Notes under the pieces: model-generated
Told to the model about the DNA's origin: nothing
Databases searched by the model: none
What the model saw: the letters and a program-made list of their open reading frames with translations, nothing else
In this document: positions 28,778 through 39,440 of the stretch, one piece after another
How positions within the stretch are numbered: the stretch's first letter is position 1
Layout: every line of letters starts with the position of its first letter
Program-made: the position numbers and the translations under genes
IMG/VR virus record: IMGVR_UViG_3300024348_000017
Span: 1-64,000 of that record
Length of the DNA stretch: 64,000 nt
DNA from: a virus
Reading direction: 5' to 3' (one strand)

Positions 28778-31468
28778 CTACGATTTAACTATTTGCTCGT
28801 ATGGTACCCAATCGTAAGTAGCGTCGAATTTATTAGGTAATGCTAACAAAAACTCGTCGTTATGACCCTTAGCTATTCCTACCGTCCCATATCCCTCACA
28901 AATGTACGCTACCATAAACCCAGGTTTCAATTTGCTATATTCCTCTACCATATCGAAATCCCAAGGCATGTCCGAATCATTTTCGTCACACCATTGCTTA
29001 CTAAAGTCTGCCATCTTATTATTATTTACTGTTATTAATCTGAATTTACGTTTCGTTCCCATACTAGTGTTTGTAAATAATCACTATTGTGATTAGTGCT
29101 TGTGTGGTGATCTGAATTGTATATGTTTCCCTATAGCGTCCTCGTCTGCCTCCTCGTTCGTTACATAATGCGTTCCTTCGTTTCCGTTCTGCCCTATAAC
29201 ATCCATTCGTTTATTCGCTTCTTCCTCGTCCCAACTATCCGCATCATGATTTACACACGGATATTTCTTGATGTTGATTTCCATTCTATTATTTACCTTA
29301 TAATCAAATATCATTCCCTCTAATGCATCTTTTACCAAATTAATATCATGGTTAAAGATCATATTCATATAGCCTTTATAATCAATATGTGCAATTGAGT
29401 AGTTGCCCTTATCGTCTATTAATTTCAATTCAATTTCTTTTATCATCTTAATATTGTTTTATGTTATCAATATACGCTTGGTCCATTGCCTCCTCCATCT
29501 GTTTCCCAATGTTGAATACCTTTATCTGTAGTTCCTTAATCTTATCCTCATATTCATCCATCAATTCCTGATCGGTCACGTCTAGTCTTAGTCTACTCTC
29601 ATACCAATTTAATTGCTCTAAATAGCGATCATACATCGCCTTCATATCTGCTATACTAATCATTATCCTACATTTATTTCGTCTAATTTAACTTTACCAT
29701 TTTGCCAATCCACCCATTGCTCATATGATAATGATTTAACCTTATCTGCATCAATACCATACTTCTCTATTGCTTCTGCTCCATATCGATCAATGTAATC
29801 ATCAACTACTTTCATATATCGTCTATAATCAAGTTCGGTATATATTTTCATTTATCCTTATTTATCAATTATTGTATATGCACCCCCTAACTCAATACTA
29901 TTACCATTTTCATCCCTGAACCATATTCTATCATTGTTATATCCATATCCTATCCTCGTTGTGTGGTATATTGTTCCATCTGCTGCTCGTACCTCATAGT
30001 TGTGGTGTTCTGCTGGTAATGTTGCTAGTAGGTAGAATATTACTCCTACTAGTGTTAGGAATATTAACCACTTACTGAATTTTACTAGCTGTGGTAATGT
30101 AGTTGGTTCTTCGTTTCTTTCTGTAAATAGTCCCATATTATATATTTTATCTCTATCATGATCAAATCCTATCTTCTCAACTTCTTTCTCTGTTATTTTT
30201 ACCTTATTCATTATGTGCTGGGTTATCGTTTGCCTCTAATGCTTCGTTATAACCATCAATATGTCCTTGATCGTATGCTCGTTCCTTCTCTGTTTCTAAT
30301 ATTGTTTCGTCCTCTTCCCTAAGCGTTTCAACTAGGTTCTCAAATGATGTATTCGTTTCGTATCGTTTCCTAATGTATGCTATTAGTTGCTCTAATGGTG
30401 TTAAATTATTCATAATGAATCGTATATACGTATTTAAGTATTGTGTGGTGTGTCCACCACTTTGAGGCTGAATTTTAGGGTGCGATCATTTGTTTCAATA
30501 TTGCATCTGCTCGTTCTTCTAATTCGAACCATTCCATGTCACTATAGTCTGCGTTATAGCATTCGAATTTAATTTCTTTACTTTTACGACCCATATCTAT
30601 AAGTACTAGTACATTGTATTCGTCTCCTAAGTTACGTCCCATTGTTTCTTTAACTCGGTCTGCACTGTCACGTGGAAATTGAGTAGGTAGTCTTACTATG
30701 AATATTGGTTTAGCCATGTTATTTTATATTTTTGTCTTGTTTCCACTTAGTATTCTTATCATTCTCATTTAACGCCTCTTCTATTAGGTTACGTAGTGTT
30801 TTGGACATGTAATATAATCCAAGTATCGCTCCTACTACTAACATTATCCCAATTACATAAGCCGGAAATATGAATATGAATACTAGTATTGCTATTAGTA
30901 TTGACATTATAGTCATTGTAATTTTATTTGCTCGTTTTCTATTATTAGTAGTCTCCATTTTGAATGAATTTTGATTTAAATTGCATATCGTGATTTAATT
31001 GGTCTTCCGCTAATATACGTTCTTTATTTTGCTCCCACCACTGCTCGAATTTTCTACGTGGTTCGTTGATTTGTATTTCCATTTGTTCTTGTTCCCATTG
31101 TATAACGTTTGGGTCCTTGTCGTTGTTGTAAATTGCCATACTATTTAATTTTATTTATGTTGGTTTTCGTAGCGTTGTTCGTCTTGTTATAATGATGCTT
31201 TATAATCTTCATCTGCATCAGCATTACTTATTACTCTGTATTGTCCATTTACTATTCTATCGTCTTCAGTAAAGCCAGCACTGTCATATTCTGGTTCATC
31301 ATCTTCATTACTATCCATTTCATATATTACTAAATCGATTTCATCACGTACTTTGTCTATTAGGTTATTTACTGCATTAGCGTCTAATAGTTTGTGTTCT
31401 GAATAGTGTGTTATTGCTATGTTTAAGCAGTAATACATTTCGTTTAATTCCTTTAATGTTAATTTCAT
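28778..31468 (-). other. run of about 10 small hypothetical genes (28778, 29093, 29448, 29663, 29858, 30204, 30475, 30719, 30945, 31187)
   Basis: Tightly coupled minus-strand ORFs; 29858 and 30719 carry TM helices; no recognisable families. Confidence 0.6.
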
Positions 31469-31518
31469 ATTTTTTAATTTTATAACGTCAATGTACGAAC
31501 GGAGCCCTGCCAAGCACT

Positions 31519-31544
31519 AAGGAAGCGCCTTAATGGCGCTCCTT
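31519..31544 (-). terminator. intrinsic terminator-like hairpin
   Basis: AAGGAGCGCC-ATTAA-GGCGCTTCCTT. Confidence 0.55.
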
Positions 31545-31555
31545 AATATACTTGA

Positions 31556-32341
31556 CTATTTACTAATCAATGTTAATTTATCTGTATCGGCACATAACTG
31601 CTTAAATTCATCCGCTGTTATGTTATTCATATTATCTACTCTAATTGTGTGTGACTCAATCATACCTGTTGTTAGGTTAGTAAGCGCTACACTGCTATTC
31701 TCACCTGTTAAGATATATTGATTCTCATCTTCATGTTTATATCTGTTACCTACTTTATGGGTAATGAATAGTTCTGGAAAATCAGATTCAATTTGGTCTT
31801 TAAGGAATGATACTTTAGCTAATTCTTTGATTTGCTCTAGGCTTGATACTACGATCGCTTTCATACTGTATTGTTTTAATTGGTTATCGTCAATATACGA
31901 TTTCTGTTCTGCCCCAACTAATACTAGATCACGTTCATTGTAGCTATTTGTTTCGCCATTCGACCAAGCAACATATATACCTAAATCACAATTTTTAATA
32001 TCACTAATAATACCATCGGTATCAATTGGATTCCAAGTATTTTCAACACCATACCAAATTGAATCATCACTAATCATTACTTTATCACCTACTTTGAATT
32101 TTGATTTCACTTTAGTCTCAGTTTGTTCTACTGCTGGGCAGAAATGAGCAGCGAATTTATCTTTAGGAATAACAATGTCTATACCTCGTCCTGATGCTTT
32201 GTCCATTAAATAACCATTAGGACCATAATCGTCCCAATAAACGAATTTTTGACCTACTCTACAACGATCACCATTGAAATCGGTAAAACCTTTGTAACAC
32301 TCATAAACGACGCCTTGTTGTGGCTTAATTGATTTACTCAT
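31556..32341 (-). CDS. multi-domain hypothetical protein with SH3/KOW-like FKVGDKV units
   Basis: FKVGDKV and HKVGNRY; internal promoter and ATG at 31864. Confidence 0.55.
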   Translation of the reverse strand: MSKSIKPQQGVVYECYKGFTDFNGDRCRVGQKFVYWDDYGPNGYLMDKASGRGIDIVIPKDKFAAHFCPAVEQTETKVKSKFKVGDKVMISDDSIWYGVENTWNPIDTDGIISDIKNCDLGIYVAWSNGETNSYNERDLVLVGAEQKSYIDDNQLKQYSMKAIVVSSLEQIKELAKVSFLKDQIESDFPELFITHKVGNRYKHEDENQYILTGENSSVALTNLTTGMIESHTIRVDNMNNITADEFKQLCADTDKLTLISK

Positions 32342-32403
32342 AACTTTTATTTTATTTTTAATTATTTAATATACGTCAATGTACGAACGGGACCCTGCCC
32401 AAT

Positions 32404-33444
32404 CTATCCTATTCTTATAGATTCATCATTATTCATCGTTAATATGGCTGTTGGTGCATTAGTAAATGTAAATGGGTTAGTTGGTATTGCTTGTTCCGTT
32501 ACATCACGTTCAACTTCACCAAATTCTTCATCAGTACGTAATCCAGGGAATGTTAAAGCATCTCTCATCCTAGTTACTATATCGGCAGTTTGGTGTTCTG
32601 TTTCTAATGCTGCTCTAAATCTTCTATTCTTTTTCTCAAAACACTCATCTTCCACTTTCATTTTTAATTCTTCACTACATAGATCTTTATTAGTGATTTT
32701 TTTATTTATTTCCTCCTTAACAATATTAAAGATATTACCATCAACATCTACTTCATCCCAACTTACTTCTCTATCAACCGCATTCCATAATGTTGAACGC
32801 TCATATTCGCTGTCATAGTATTTCTGAGTTGCTATTTTATATCCTGTTTTCTTATTTAAGATATAAATTAATGCTCCTCTATCCCAATAACGATGGAAGT
32901 GTTGTGGTTCGTGTATAGCGGTAGTGCACCATTTAGTCGCTGCTCCATATTTACATGAAGCTGAGAATGTTAGTGGACGTAATACTAACCAAGTATCATC
33001 TTCAAATACCCTAACGATTTGAGCAGCCATATCCTTATCCATCGTTTTTAAATGAGCTATTGAGATGGCGTTTGATATATCATTAAATGTCTTATACTTT
33101 AAAATGTCATTTTCATCTATTAGACTTCTTTCATTTAAGTCCATAAACTCAATTAACGTTTTAATATTATCACCATTCATATTATCAACAGCTAAATAAA
33201 CCATCCTTAAATGAGAATCAGGTAATCCGTTAACAATACCATTTGCAATCCCATATTTCGTTAAAACATCTCTAAAATAGTCTAAATCTTGGGTTGTGGT
33301 TCTGTTTTGGAGTTCATTTGTAATAACTTTAGACAACATAGGAAGATATTTATTCTTCTCTGTTGGATCTATCATTGATAAGACATCTACTATTGACATT
33401 GATATCAATGGAAATTTCTCCTTCAAATCTTTAATTCGACTCAT
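32404..33444 (-). CDS. PcfJ-like conserved phage protein
   Basis: WLVLRPLT..ASCKYG..TKWCT...F..Y...G.L.YI motif. Confidence 0.5.
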   Translation of the reverse strand: MSRIKDLKEKFPLISMSIVDVLSMIDPTEKNKYLPMLSKVITNELQNRTTTQDLDYFRDVLTKYGIANGIVNGLPDSHLRMVYLAVDNMNGDNIKTLIEFMDLNERSLIDENDILKYKTFNDISNAISIAHLKTMDKDMAAQIVRVFEDDTWLVLRPLTFSASCKYGAATKWCTTAIHEPQHFHRYWDRGALIYILNKKTGYKIATQKYYDSEYERSTLWNAVDREVSWDEVDVDGNIFNIVKEEINKKITNKDLCSEELKMKVEDECFEKKNRRFRAALETEHQTADIVTRMRDALTFPGLRTDEEFGEVERDVTEQAIPTNPFTFTNAPTAILTMNNDESIRIG

Positions 33445-33445
33445 A

Positions 33446-33997
33446 CTAGTCTTTTAAATATAATCTATTATAATTGTATAATGCTACAGGGTTATCTTCA
33501 ACTAATAATTCGTAATTAGTCATTACGTGGTCGTAAGCGTCTTGTAGTGGTTCATTTATAACTTCACCTAATAATTGAGCGAAGTAATTATTTGAAGCGT
33601 CTACTTGATCTTGTTCTGTACCTGGTAATCCACAGTATGTTGCTTCGCTTATTTCACTAATGAACATACCACTGTATAATCCTTTTAAATCATGTTTATT
33701 AACGAACTGATCTGCATTACACCAAATGAATATACATTCTTTGTTTCTTAATAACTCAACATTTTTATCATTAATGATGAATCCACTATAATCTAAAGTT
33801 TTGAACTTAGCACAGCTAAATAAACCACTAGGCGAACCATGCCCCATCATATAGATACAATCGTGTTGTTCTATTAATTGATTTACTTCTTTTTTAGATA
33901 TCCCACCCGTTACAATAGTAGCGTTGGTTATATGTTCATATATCGGCTTTAGGAAATCTGTACTCGGATCGTCCGGGTGAATTATTAATGTTTTCAT
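33446..33997 (-). CDS. caspase/gingipain-fold (clan CD) cysteine peptidase-like protein
   Basis: Hydrophobic strand-GHG (YMMGHGS) followed by strand-C (IFIWCNA): His-Cys dyad order of clan CD. Confidence 0.55.
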   Translation of the reverse strand: MKTLIIHPDDPSTDFLKPIYEHITNATIVTGGISKKEVNQLIEQHDCIYMMGHGSPSGLFSCAKFKTLDYSGFIINDKNVELLRNKECIFIWCNADQFVNKHDLKGLYSGMFISEISEATYCGLPGTEQDQVDASNNYFAQLLGEVINEPLQDAYDHVMTNYELLVEDNPVALYNYNRLYLKD

Positions 33998-34034
33998 AAC
34001 ATAAAGATAGGCAACTTGCGTTGCCCATCCTAGT

Positions 34035-35629
34035 TTATTTATTTGGATCTAAATCCGTATCATCATCATTGTCATAATTGAACCAATCATCATTTGGAGA
34101 GATTGCATCCGTTAATTCATCTAAGGTATTATACGCTCTTTGCAAGTCGTTATTAATCATTCCTAGGTTATAACCTAATTTGATTTGGTTAAAATCATTA
34201 GCTACTAACTCAGAAATTCGATCAGTTGCTTCGTCTAATGCTGTGTAAATTTTAATTAACTCATCAAATTGCTCTTGAGTTAATACGATTTGCTTTTGTT
34301 CTGGTTCCAGTTTTGCTGGTGTTTTTTTAGCTTTTGCCATAATTGTATTTTTATTTTATTTTAATATAAATCATCTTCAAGGCCAATCCAATTATTCCTC
34401 CACCATTTAGTGAATTTAGGATACTTATTTCTAAGTGCTATTGACTCACCCAATACTAATGTTAGGAAGAATACTACTGAGAATAAACAGAATATTAATA
34501 GTATTTTATAAATCATTACTATCTTCGTTTAACTCCATATTGAGTGTTAATAATATATCGCTTTCGTGCCCTTCAATAATTTCAGTCATTAATTGTTTAA
34601 ATGATTCGAAATCATCAGTTAGATAGGCATCCATTATAGCATCTATCATTACACATTTAGCATCATGCGATGAATGAATCAAATAGTTATAGCTTGTATC
34701 TAAATCATCAAACATTTTAGACTTGATATCAGATATCATCATATCGCTTAAAACGCGTTCATTGTTTCTTGACATAACTTTTATTTTAATAATTAATAAT
34801 TCTCATCATGCTCATCCCACTCACTACTATAATCATCTTCCACTTCACCATAGTAAGTAAATTCACCAGCCTCATCTAAATCTTCATAATAAGTCTCTAA
34901 AGTACCAATGAAATCTTCTAAATCGAAATTTTCAGGATGGCCGTTGTGACTTAATGTTGCGTTAGCGGCTACAATCAATTCTTTTAAAATGTCTTTAATT
35001 TCCATTTGTTATTTTATTTTTCTTGCTATAAATATACTGAATAAATTCTGACAATGTACCTTCAAATTGAAGCATTTCTTCTTCCACTTCATCTTTACTC
35101 ATTCTAAATTCTGCTTTAAATGCCTTGTACATTTCCTCTAATATCTTAGTTTCGTCCTTCTCGTAATCATTATTTAAACGACGCTTACGCTCCCCAAACA
35201 TACATCTAATTTCATGTTGTTTATCTGGGTTGGGTTCATTCGTTATAGATTGTTTCTCTAATTCTGTTTCCCACATTACCTGCCAATGATAATCACTCAC
35301 TTCGAAATCACCATTTGCTACACGTTCGTCTAAACGTCTATAGTGATGAAGTGATTGGCGTGGTTGGAATCGTCTCCACCAATAGAATCTGTTATAATTC
35401 TGTTTGCTGTATGTTGCTATTCTGTCTTTTAACTCCATTTTCTAGTAAAGTTAGGATCGTTTTTAAGTAAATACTCGAATTCTTCTATTTTTAATATTCT
35501 AAATGTACCTTCTGGGTCTTCTACTAACCAATTATCATACAACCAATCATCTAAATCACCCACATCAGACTTTCTCCATAATTCATCCATTTCATTACCA
35601 TAATTATCGTATAATATTTTTAACTCCAT
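34035..35629 (-). other. run of small hypothetical genes (34035, 34506, 34793, 34995, 35429)
   Basis: Coupled minus-strand ORFs, several very acidic. Confidence 0.6.
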
Positions 35630-35656
35630 AACGTAAATGTATGACTGTTGTTTTGA

Positions 35657-36736
35657 CTATTCGAAATCTCTAATTGCAATTACTTTAGGAAAACGAGGTA
35701 TTCCATCTTCAGTTAATTCAAAGTATTTAACTGTGGCTTGCTTACCTATTAAATCGTTTCGTTTTAATAATTCAGCCAAGTATTCCCAATCCCCATTAAC
35801 AGCAGATTCGAATGGTTTGCCGTTGATTTCGAATTGCAATTTACCAACTTTACCTGTTAAGTTACCTTTACCTTCAATCACACCCAATATTGTAAACTCA
35901 GCATCAACGAATGACTTATGTTTTAATAATGATTTAGAACGTTTATTTTCATATAGTGAATCGGTTCTTAATATTTGTCCTTCGTAACCTGCACTTACAT
36001 AATCGAAATAATAAGCGTGTAAGTCATTTAAGTTATCAACTTGATCTGTTTGTACTTTAACACAGCAATCTGGTAGGTTAAAGTCTCTTAATTCTTCAAA
36101 TCGCTCTATAAATGTACCATCTACACTAGGAATATCATAAACCCAGTACTGTATTTTCTTAGATGTTTCTAAATCAGCTGCTGTTGGTTTCGTCTTACGA
36201 ACGCAAGATATAATTGTATTGAAATCAGCTACATCCTTATTAGCATATAATTCACCATCTAATATTAAGTCAGGATTCTGTTCGAACCATGGCTTTAATG
36301 CCTCATAAATGTGAGGTGCAGATATAATTTGCTTACCGTTTCTACTCCACATTCCATCTTCCCTAATGATACATCTAATACCATCTAGTTTTGGTTGTGA
36401 GTAAATTGGAAATTTGACTTTATTCTTGTAATCAAGGTAATCATGAGCCAACATCGGTTTGAAATAGACAGGTGTGTCTATGTGTTCAAGTGCACTCCAA
36501 TAACCTAAGTCTTTACGTTTAGTGTACATTGCTTCTACCTCAGCGTGAGCTTGCTGTTCGTCTGTAGTAGCATTTTTCTTACCTACATTTTTAGCTTTAC
36601 ATTCTGTCCATTCAGACGTCACTGATTTGCCATCTAAGAAACCACTAATTGTTCTGAAGCAATTGTCTTCTACTTCTGCTCTCCAGGTTGATACTTTCCC
36701 CGTAACGGAGCGCTTATACAGCATTGGATAATTCAT
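35657..36736 (-). CDS. ATP-dependent DNA ligase
   Basis: PMLA, QPKLDGIR (adenylated Lys), LDGELY, YWVYD, YEGQILR, KRSKSLLKHK, PRFP. Confidence 0.95.
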   Translation of the reverse strand: MNYPMLYKRSVTGKVSTWRAEVEDNCFRTISGFLDGKSVTSEWTECKAKNVGKKNATTDEQQAHAEVEAMYTKRKDLGYWSALEHIDTPVYFKPMLAHDYLDYKNKVKFPIYSQPKLDGIRCIIREDGMWSRNGKQIISAPHIYEALKPWFEQNPDLILDGELYANKDVADFNTIISCVRKTKPTAADLETSKKIQYWVYDIPSVDGTFIERFEELRDFNLPDCCVKVQTDQVDNLNDLHAYYFDYVSAGYEGQILRTDSLYENKRSKSLLKHKSFVDAEFTILGVIEGKGNLTGKVGKLQFEINGKPFESAVNGDWEYLAELLKRNDLIGKQATVKYFELTEDGIPRFPKVIAIRDFE

Positions 36737-36769
36737 AACTATTAATTTTTGGTATACGTAAATATACGC

Positions 36770-37075
36770 TTAGGACTTTGCCTTCCAAAACTGCCACCAA
36801 CGTCTTTTAGGTGTAGGCAGACATTGGCTGAATGGGTTATCACCGAATGATACCTTATTACTATATTTAGCTGTCATTATATTTAAGAATACCTCATGGT
36901 ATTTCTCAGGTATAGTATTAAAGTCAGCTTCAATTTTAACATTCAATTCAATAGGACCTTCAGTACCATTCACTGTTACTAATACTAGCGACTCGTTAAT
37001 TGATACTAACTGTGACGTTTGAACGTTTAGATGTGAACCGAATCCTAAATGTATTTCGTTTTTATTTTCTTTCAT
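36770..37075 (-). CDS. hypothetical protein with KRRWWQFWK amphipathic tail
   Basis: ORF track. Confidence 0.55.
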   Translation of the reverse strand: MKENKNEIHLGFGSHLNVQTSQLVSINESLVLVTVNGTEGPIELNVKIEADFNTIPEKYHEVFLNIMTAKYSNKVSFGDNPFSQCLPTPKRRWWQFWKAKS

Positions 37076-37123
37076 AACATGTTAAATGTAAGTTGGGGGA
37101 TTTGCACCCCCAAACCTACTAAA

Positions 37124-37870
37124 TTAAAGGTATGATTCTGCTAATTCGAACAACTGTTCGTTTAACTGAATGTCTTTTTGGAAGTTCTTTACTGATCTAG
37201 CCTTACGACCACCAGATGTATATGAACCACCTAATATTTTCTCTTGTACTCTATTAAATACGACCCATAGATCATTACCCTGATCCTCAGTACGTGTAGG
37301 TGTAAGTACATCCATAATGTTAACTGTTTTCTTAGTTCTCAACGCTGCTGCTTTAGTAGCAAAATCATTCATTTGAGTTTCAGTTAATGTTTTAGATTTG
37401 AATAAGTTAATCTTCTGAACTAATCCAGGCAATTTACTAATCATTTCAGCAACTCTAGCTTGTAATGATTCGAATGTGTAATTTATGTGTCTAATAGACA
37501 TTACTCCGAAATCAGCATCACTAATTACTAATCCATTACTACATACTAATCTGAAGATACCCACTCTAAAATTGAAAGCGGCTTTACCATCATGAGAATT
37601 AGTTAATAGGATTTCAGGAAACGAATCATCTCCATTTTCACCCTTAATTGTAATACTTGGATTACGAAACACTAATAAGTGTTTTTGGAAGCCTTTATAC
37701 TTACGAGATCTTACCTCTTGTACTTTAGTAACTTCCCAACCTAAATTCATTAGATCTTCTACTACTCTAATTGTAGGAGTCTGAATGTATTTGTCTGTTA
37801 AATGTGCTGCTTTAGTTTCTGTGAAAACTGAAGGCGCAGCTGCCTTGATTTGTTCAATGTTGTAACTCAT
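37124..37870 (-). CDS. DUF932/DUF945 family protein
   Basis: APSVF...Y..T.T, NSHDG, GIFRLVCSNGL, R.ED..NDLW.VFNRVQE. Confidence 0.85.
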   Translation of the reverse strand: MSYNIEQIKAAAPSVFTETKAAHLTDKYIQTPTIRVVEDLMNLGWEVTKVQEVRSRKYKGFQKHLLVFRNPSITIKGENGDDSFPEILLTNSHDGKAAFNFRVGIFRLVCSNGLVISDADFGVMSIRHINYTFESLQARVAEMISKLPGLVQKINLFKSKTLTETQMNDFATKAAALRTKKTVNIMDVLTPTRTEDQGNDLWVVFNRVQEKILGGSYTSGGRKARSVKNFQKDIQLNEQLFELAESYL

Positions 37871-37925
37871 AACTTATTATTTTAATTATCCTTAAATCTA
37901 CGTTAACCGCTCTGCCCGACCACCT

Positions 37926-38111
37926 CTAATTTAAGACACCTAAACGAGCATATGCAATTGCTTCTGCAATGACTTCCATTTCATCTAACGTTTCAGGCTC
38001 ATACATTTCATCAATCTTATATACGATTTCTTCTCTATCCATACCTCTCATCGTTAATGAACGGGTCCAATTCTCAATCTCCAAACATCTAATTTGTAAT
38101 TCCATTGTCAT
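37926..38111 (-). CDS. small hypothetical protein
   Basis: Start moved downstream of the promoter at about 38128-38160. Confidence 0.55.
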   Translation of the reverse strand: MTMELQIRCLEIENWTRSLTMRGMDREEIVYKIDEMYEPETLDEMEVIAEAIAYARLGVLN

Positions 38112-38160
38112 AACTTTTAATTTATGCCGTGAATATAAGTGAGGGGCTATGCCCCTCAAA

Positions 38161-38364
38161 TTATGCTTTATTATTTGATTCTCGTTCTCGTTTACGTTTA
38201 TCTAAACGGATCCACTCATATTGTTCTGCTAATGTAGCGCCTCGTTGGTTTAGATCAGACCATGATTGCTCACTTAATGGTATTTCTTTCTTTTTCTTGT
38301 TTAATACTCTATCTAATTTCTTAGAAGCTTTGTCTTGAAACTGATCCCTCGTTTGAAACGCCAT
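38161..38364 (-). CDS. small basic hypothetical protein
   Basis: ORF track; promoter at about 38387. Confidence 0.55.
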   Translation of the reverse strand: MAFQTRDQFQDKASKKLDRVLNKKKKEIPLSEQSWSDLNQRGATLAEQYEWIRLDKRKRERESNNKA

Positions 38365-38397
38365 ATCTTTAATTTTTGTTACAGCATGAATATACGA

Positions 38398-38799
38398 CTA
38401 TTGTTCTGCCACCCACTTACCACTATCAATCAATTTAAATTCATCACTATTTCTATCTATGAATTGATACGTTGCTGATTGTAAATCAAAATGTTCATTG
38501 ATATGATTTAATACTTGCTCAGGTGTAAAATCGGAGCAGCTGTATAAATCGAATTGAAACATTGATGGATGTATTGCATCCCAAACATGTATTGAGGCGT
38601 GGGATGTAGCTAGTGTTACTGTACCTGTTATTCCCTCATTTCCAAGTTCATTAACATATACTGAGGTAGGTCCTGCTACAACTACCATTCCGACTTTATT
38701 TACTAATTCTCTAAACCATTGGTTTAGTATTTCTTCTGACTTTGGTGGGTTAATAATATAACCCTTTACTAGTAGGTGGATGTGATTCGGTACGAACAT
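38398..38799 (-). CDS. speD: S-adenosylmethionine decarboxylase-like pyruvoyl enzyme
   Basis: H.HLL, G.TG...LATSHASIHVW, FDLYSC. Confidence 0.8.
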   Translation of the reverse strand: MFVPNHIHLLVKGYIINPPKSEEILNQWFRELVNKVGMVVVAGPTSVYVNELGNEGITGTVTLATSHASIHVWDAIHPSMFQFDLYSCSDFTPEQVLNHINEHFDLQSATYQFIDRNSDEFKLIDSGKWVAEQ

Positions 38800-39428
38800 T
38801 ACTTAAACTTAAATCCTGTTAATTTTTCAACATCAGTAACACTAACCTTATTATTGGTGATACCGTCTGCTTTAGTTGTATTGTTATCAAATATAAATGC
38901 CATGTATTCTTTTGTCTTCTTAGTATAAACTACTTTCCAACATTGGGTTGGTACTGATGTAGTGCCTATTTTATTTGCTACGCCTATTGACCCAGCCCAA
39001 ACATGCACTGAATCCTCTTTAAGTGCTGTTTCACGAGATAACATTTCCAATGTTTTCCAATCCCCACGATTTAAAGCAGGGTATTGAGCAGTCATATTAC
39101 TGAAATAAAATGATTCGTCGTTTGCTACTTGATCGCATGAAGCGTCAGCGGCTGGAAAATTATGTCCACGATCGAAACCAGCGCCTGTATAGTCTGATTG
39201 TAAATTTGTTTCAGTTGGTAATTTAGGATCAACAATAAATTTATCACCACGTTTTGCCTTAACAGGACACGTTAGTGATGCTTTTGTAATCCACCATTCA
39301 ACTTTAACTGGGTAGTGTTTTGATTTGCTGTAATGCGTTGTGTACGCTTTGTGTGTTAGTATAACTACATCTTGAGCTGTAACTGTAAAACTAACTAATA
39401 GTAATAAGGCTAATAGGCATTGTTTCAT
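38799..39428 (-). CDS. secreted DNA/RNA non-specific endonuclease (NucA/EndA family)
   Basis: Signal peptide; DY.G.GFDRGH..PAAD, ESF..SNM..Q...LNRG.W..LE, VP..CWK. Confidence 0.92.
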   Translation of the reverse strand: MKQCLLALLLLVSFTVTAQDVVILTHKAYTTHYSKSKHYPVKVEWWITKASLTCPVKAKRGDKFIVDPKLPTETNLQSDYTGAGFDRGHNFPAADASCDQVANDESFYFSNMTAQYPALNRGDWKTLEMLSRETALKEDSVHVWAGSIGVANKIGTTSVPTQCWKVVYTKKTKEYMAFIFDNNTTKADGITNNKVSVTDVEKLTGFKFK

Positions 39429-39440
39429 GCCGATAAATAT

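Noticed and set aside
25943-31513. Apparent shared N-terminal peptide (R/C)SYID in ORFs 25943, 27641 and 31187
   Set aside because: It is the translation of the promoter motif TCGTAYATTGA; the true starts lie downstream.
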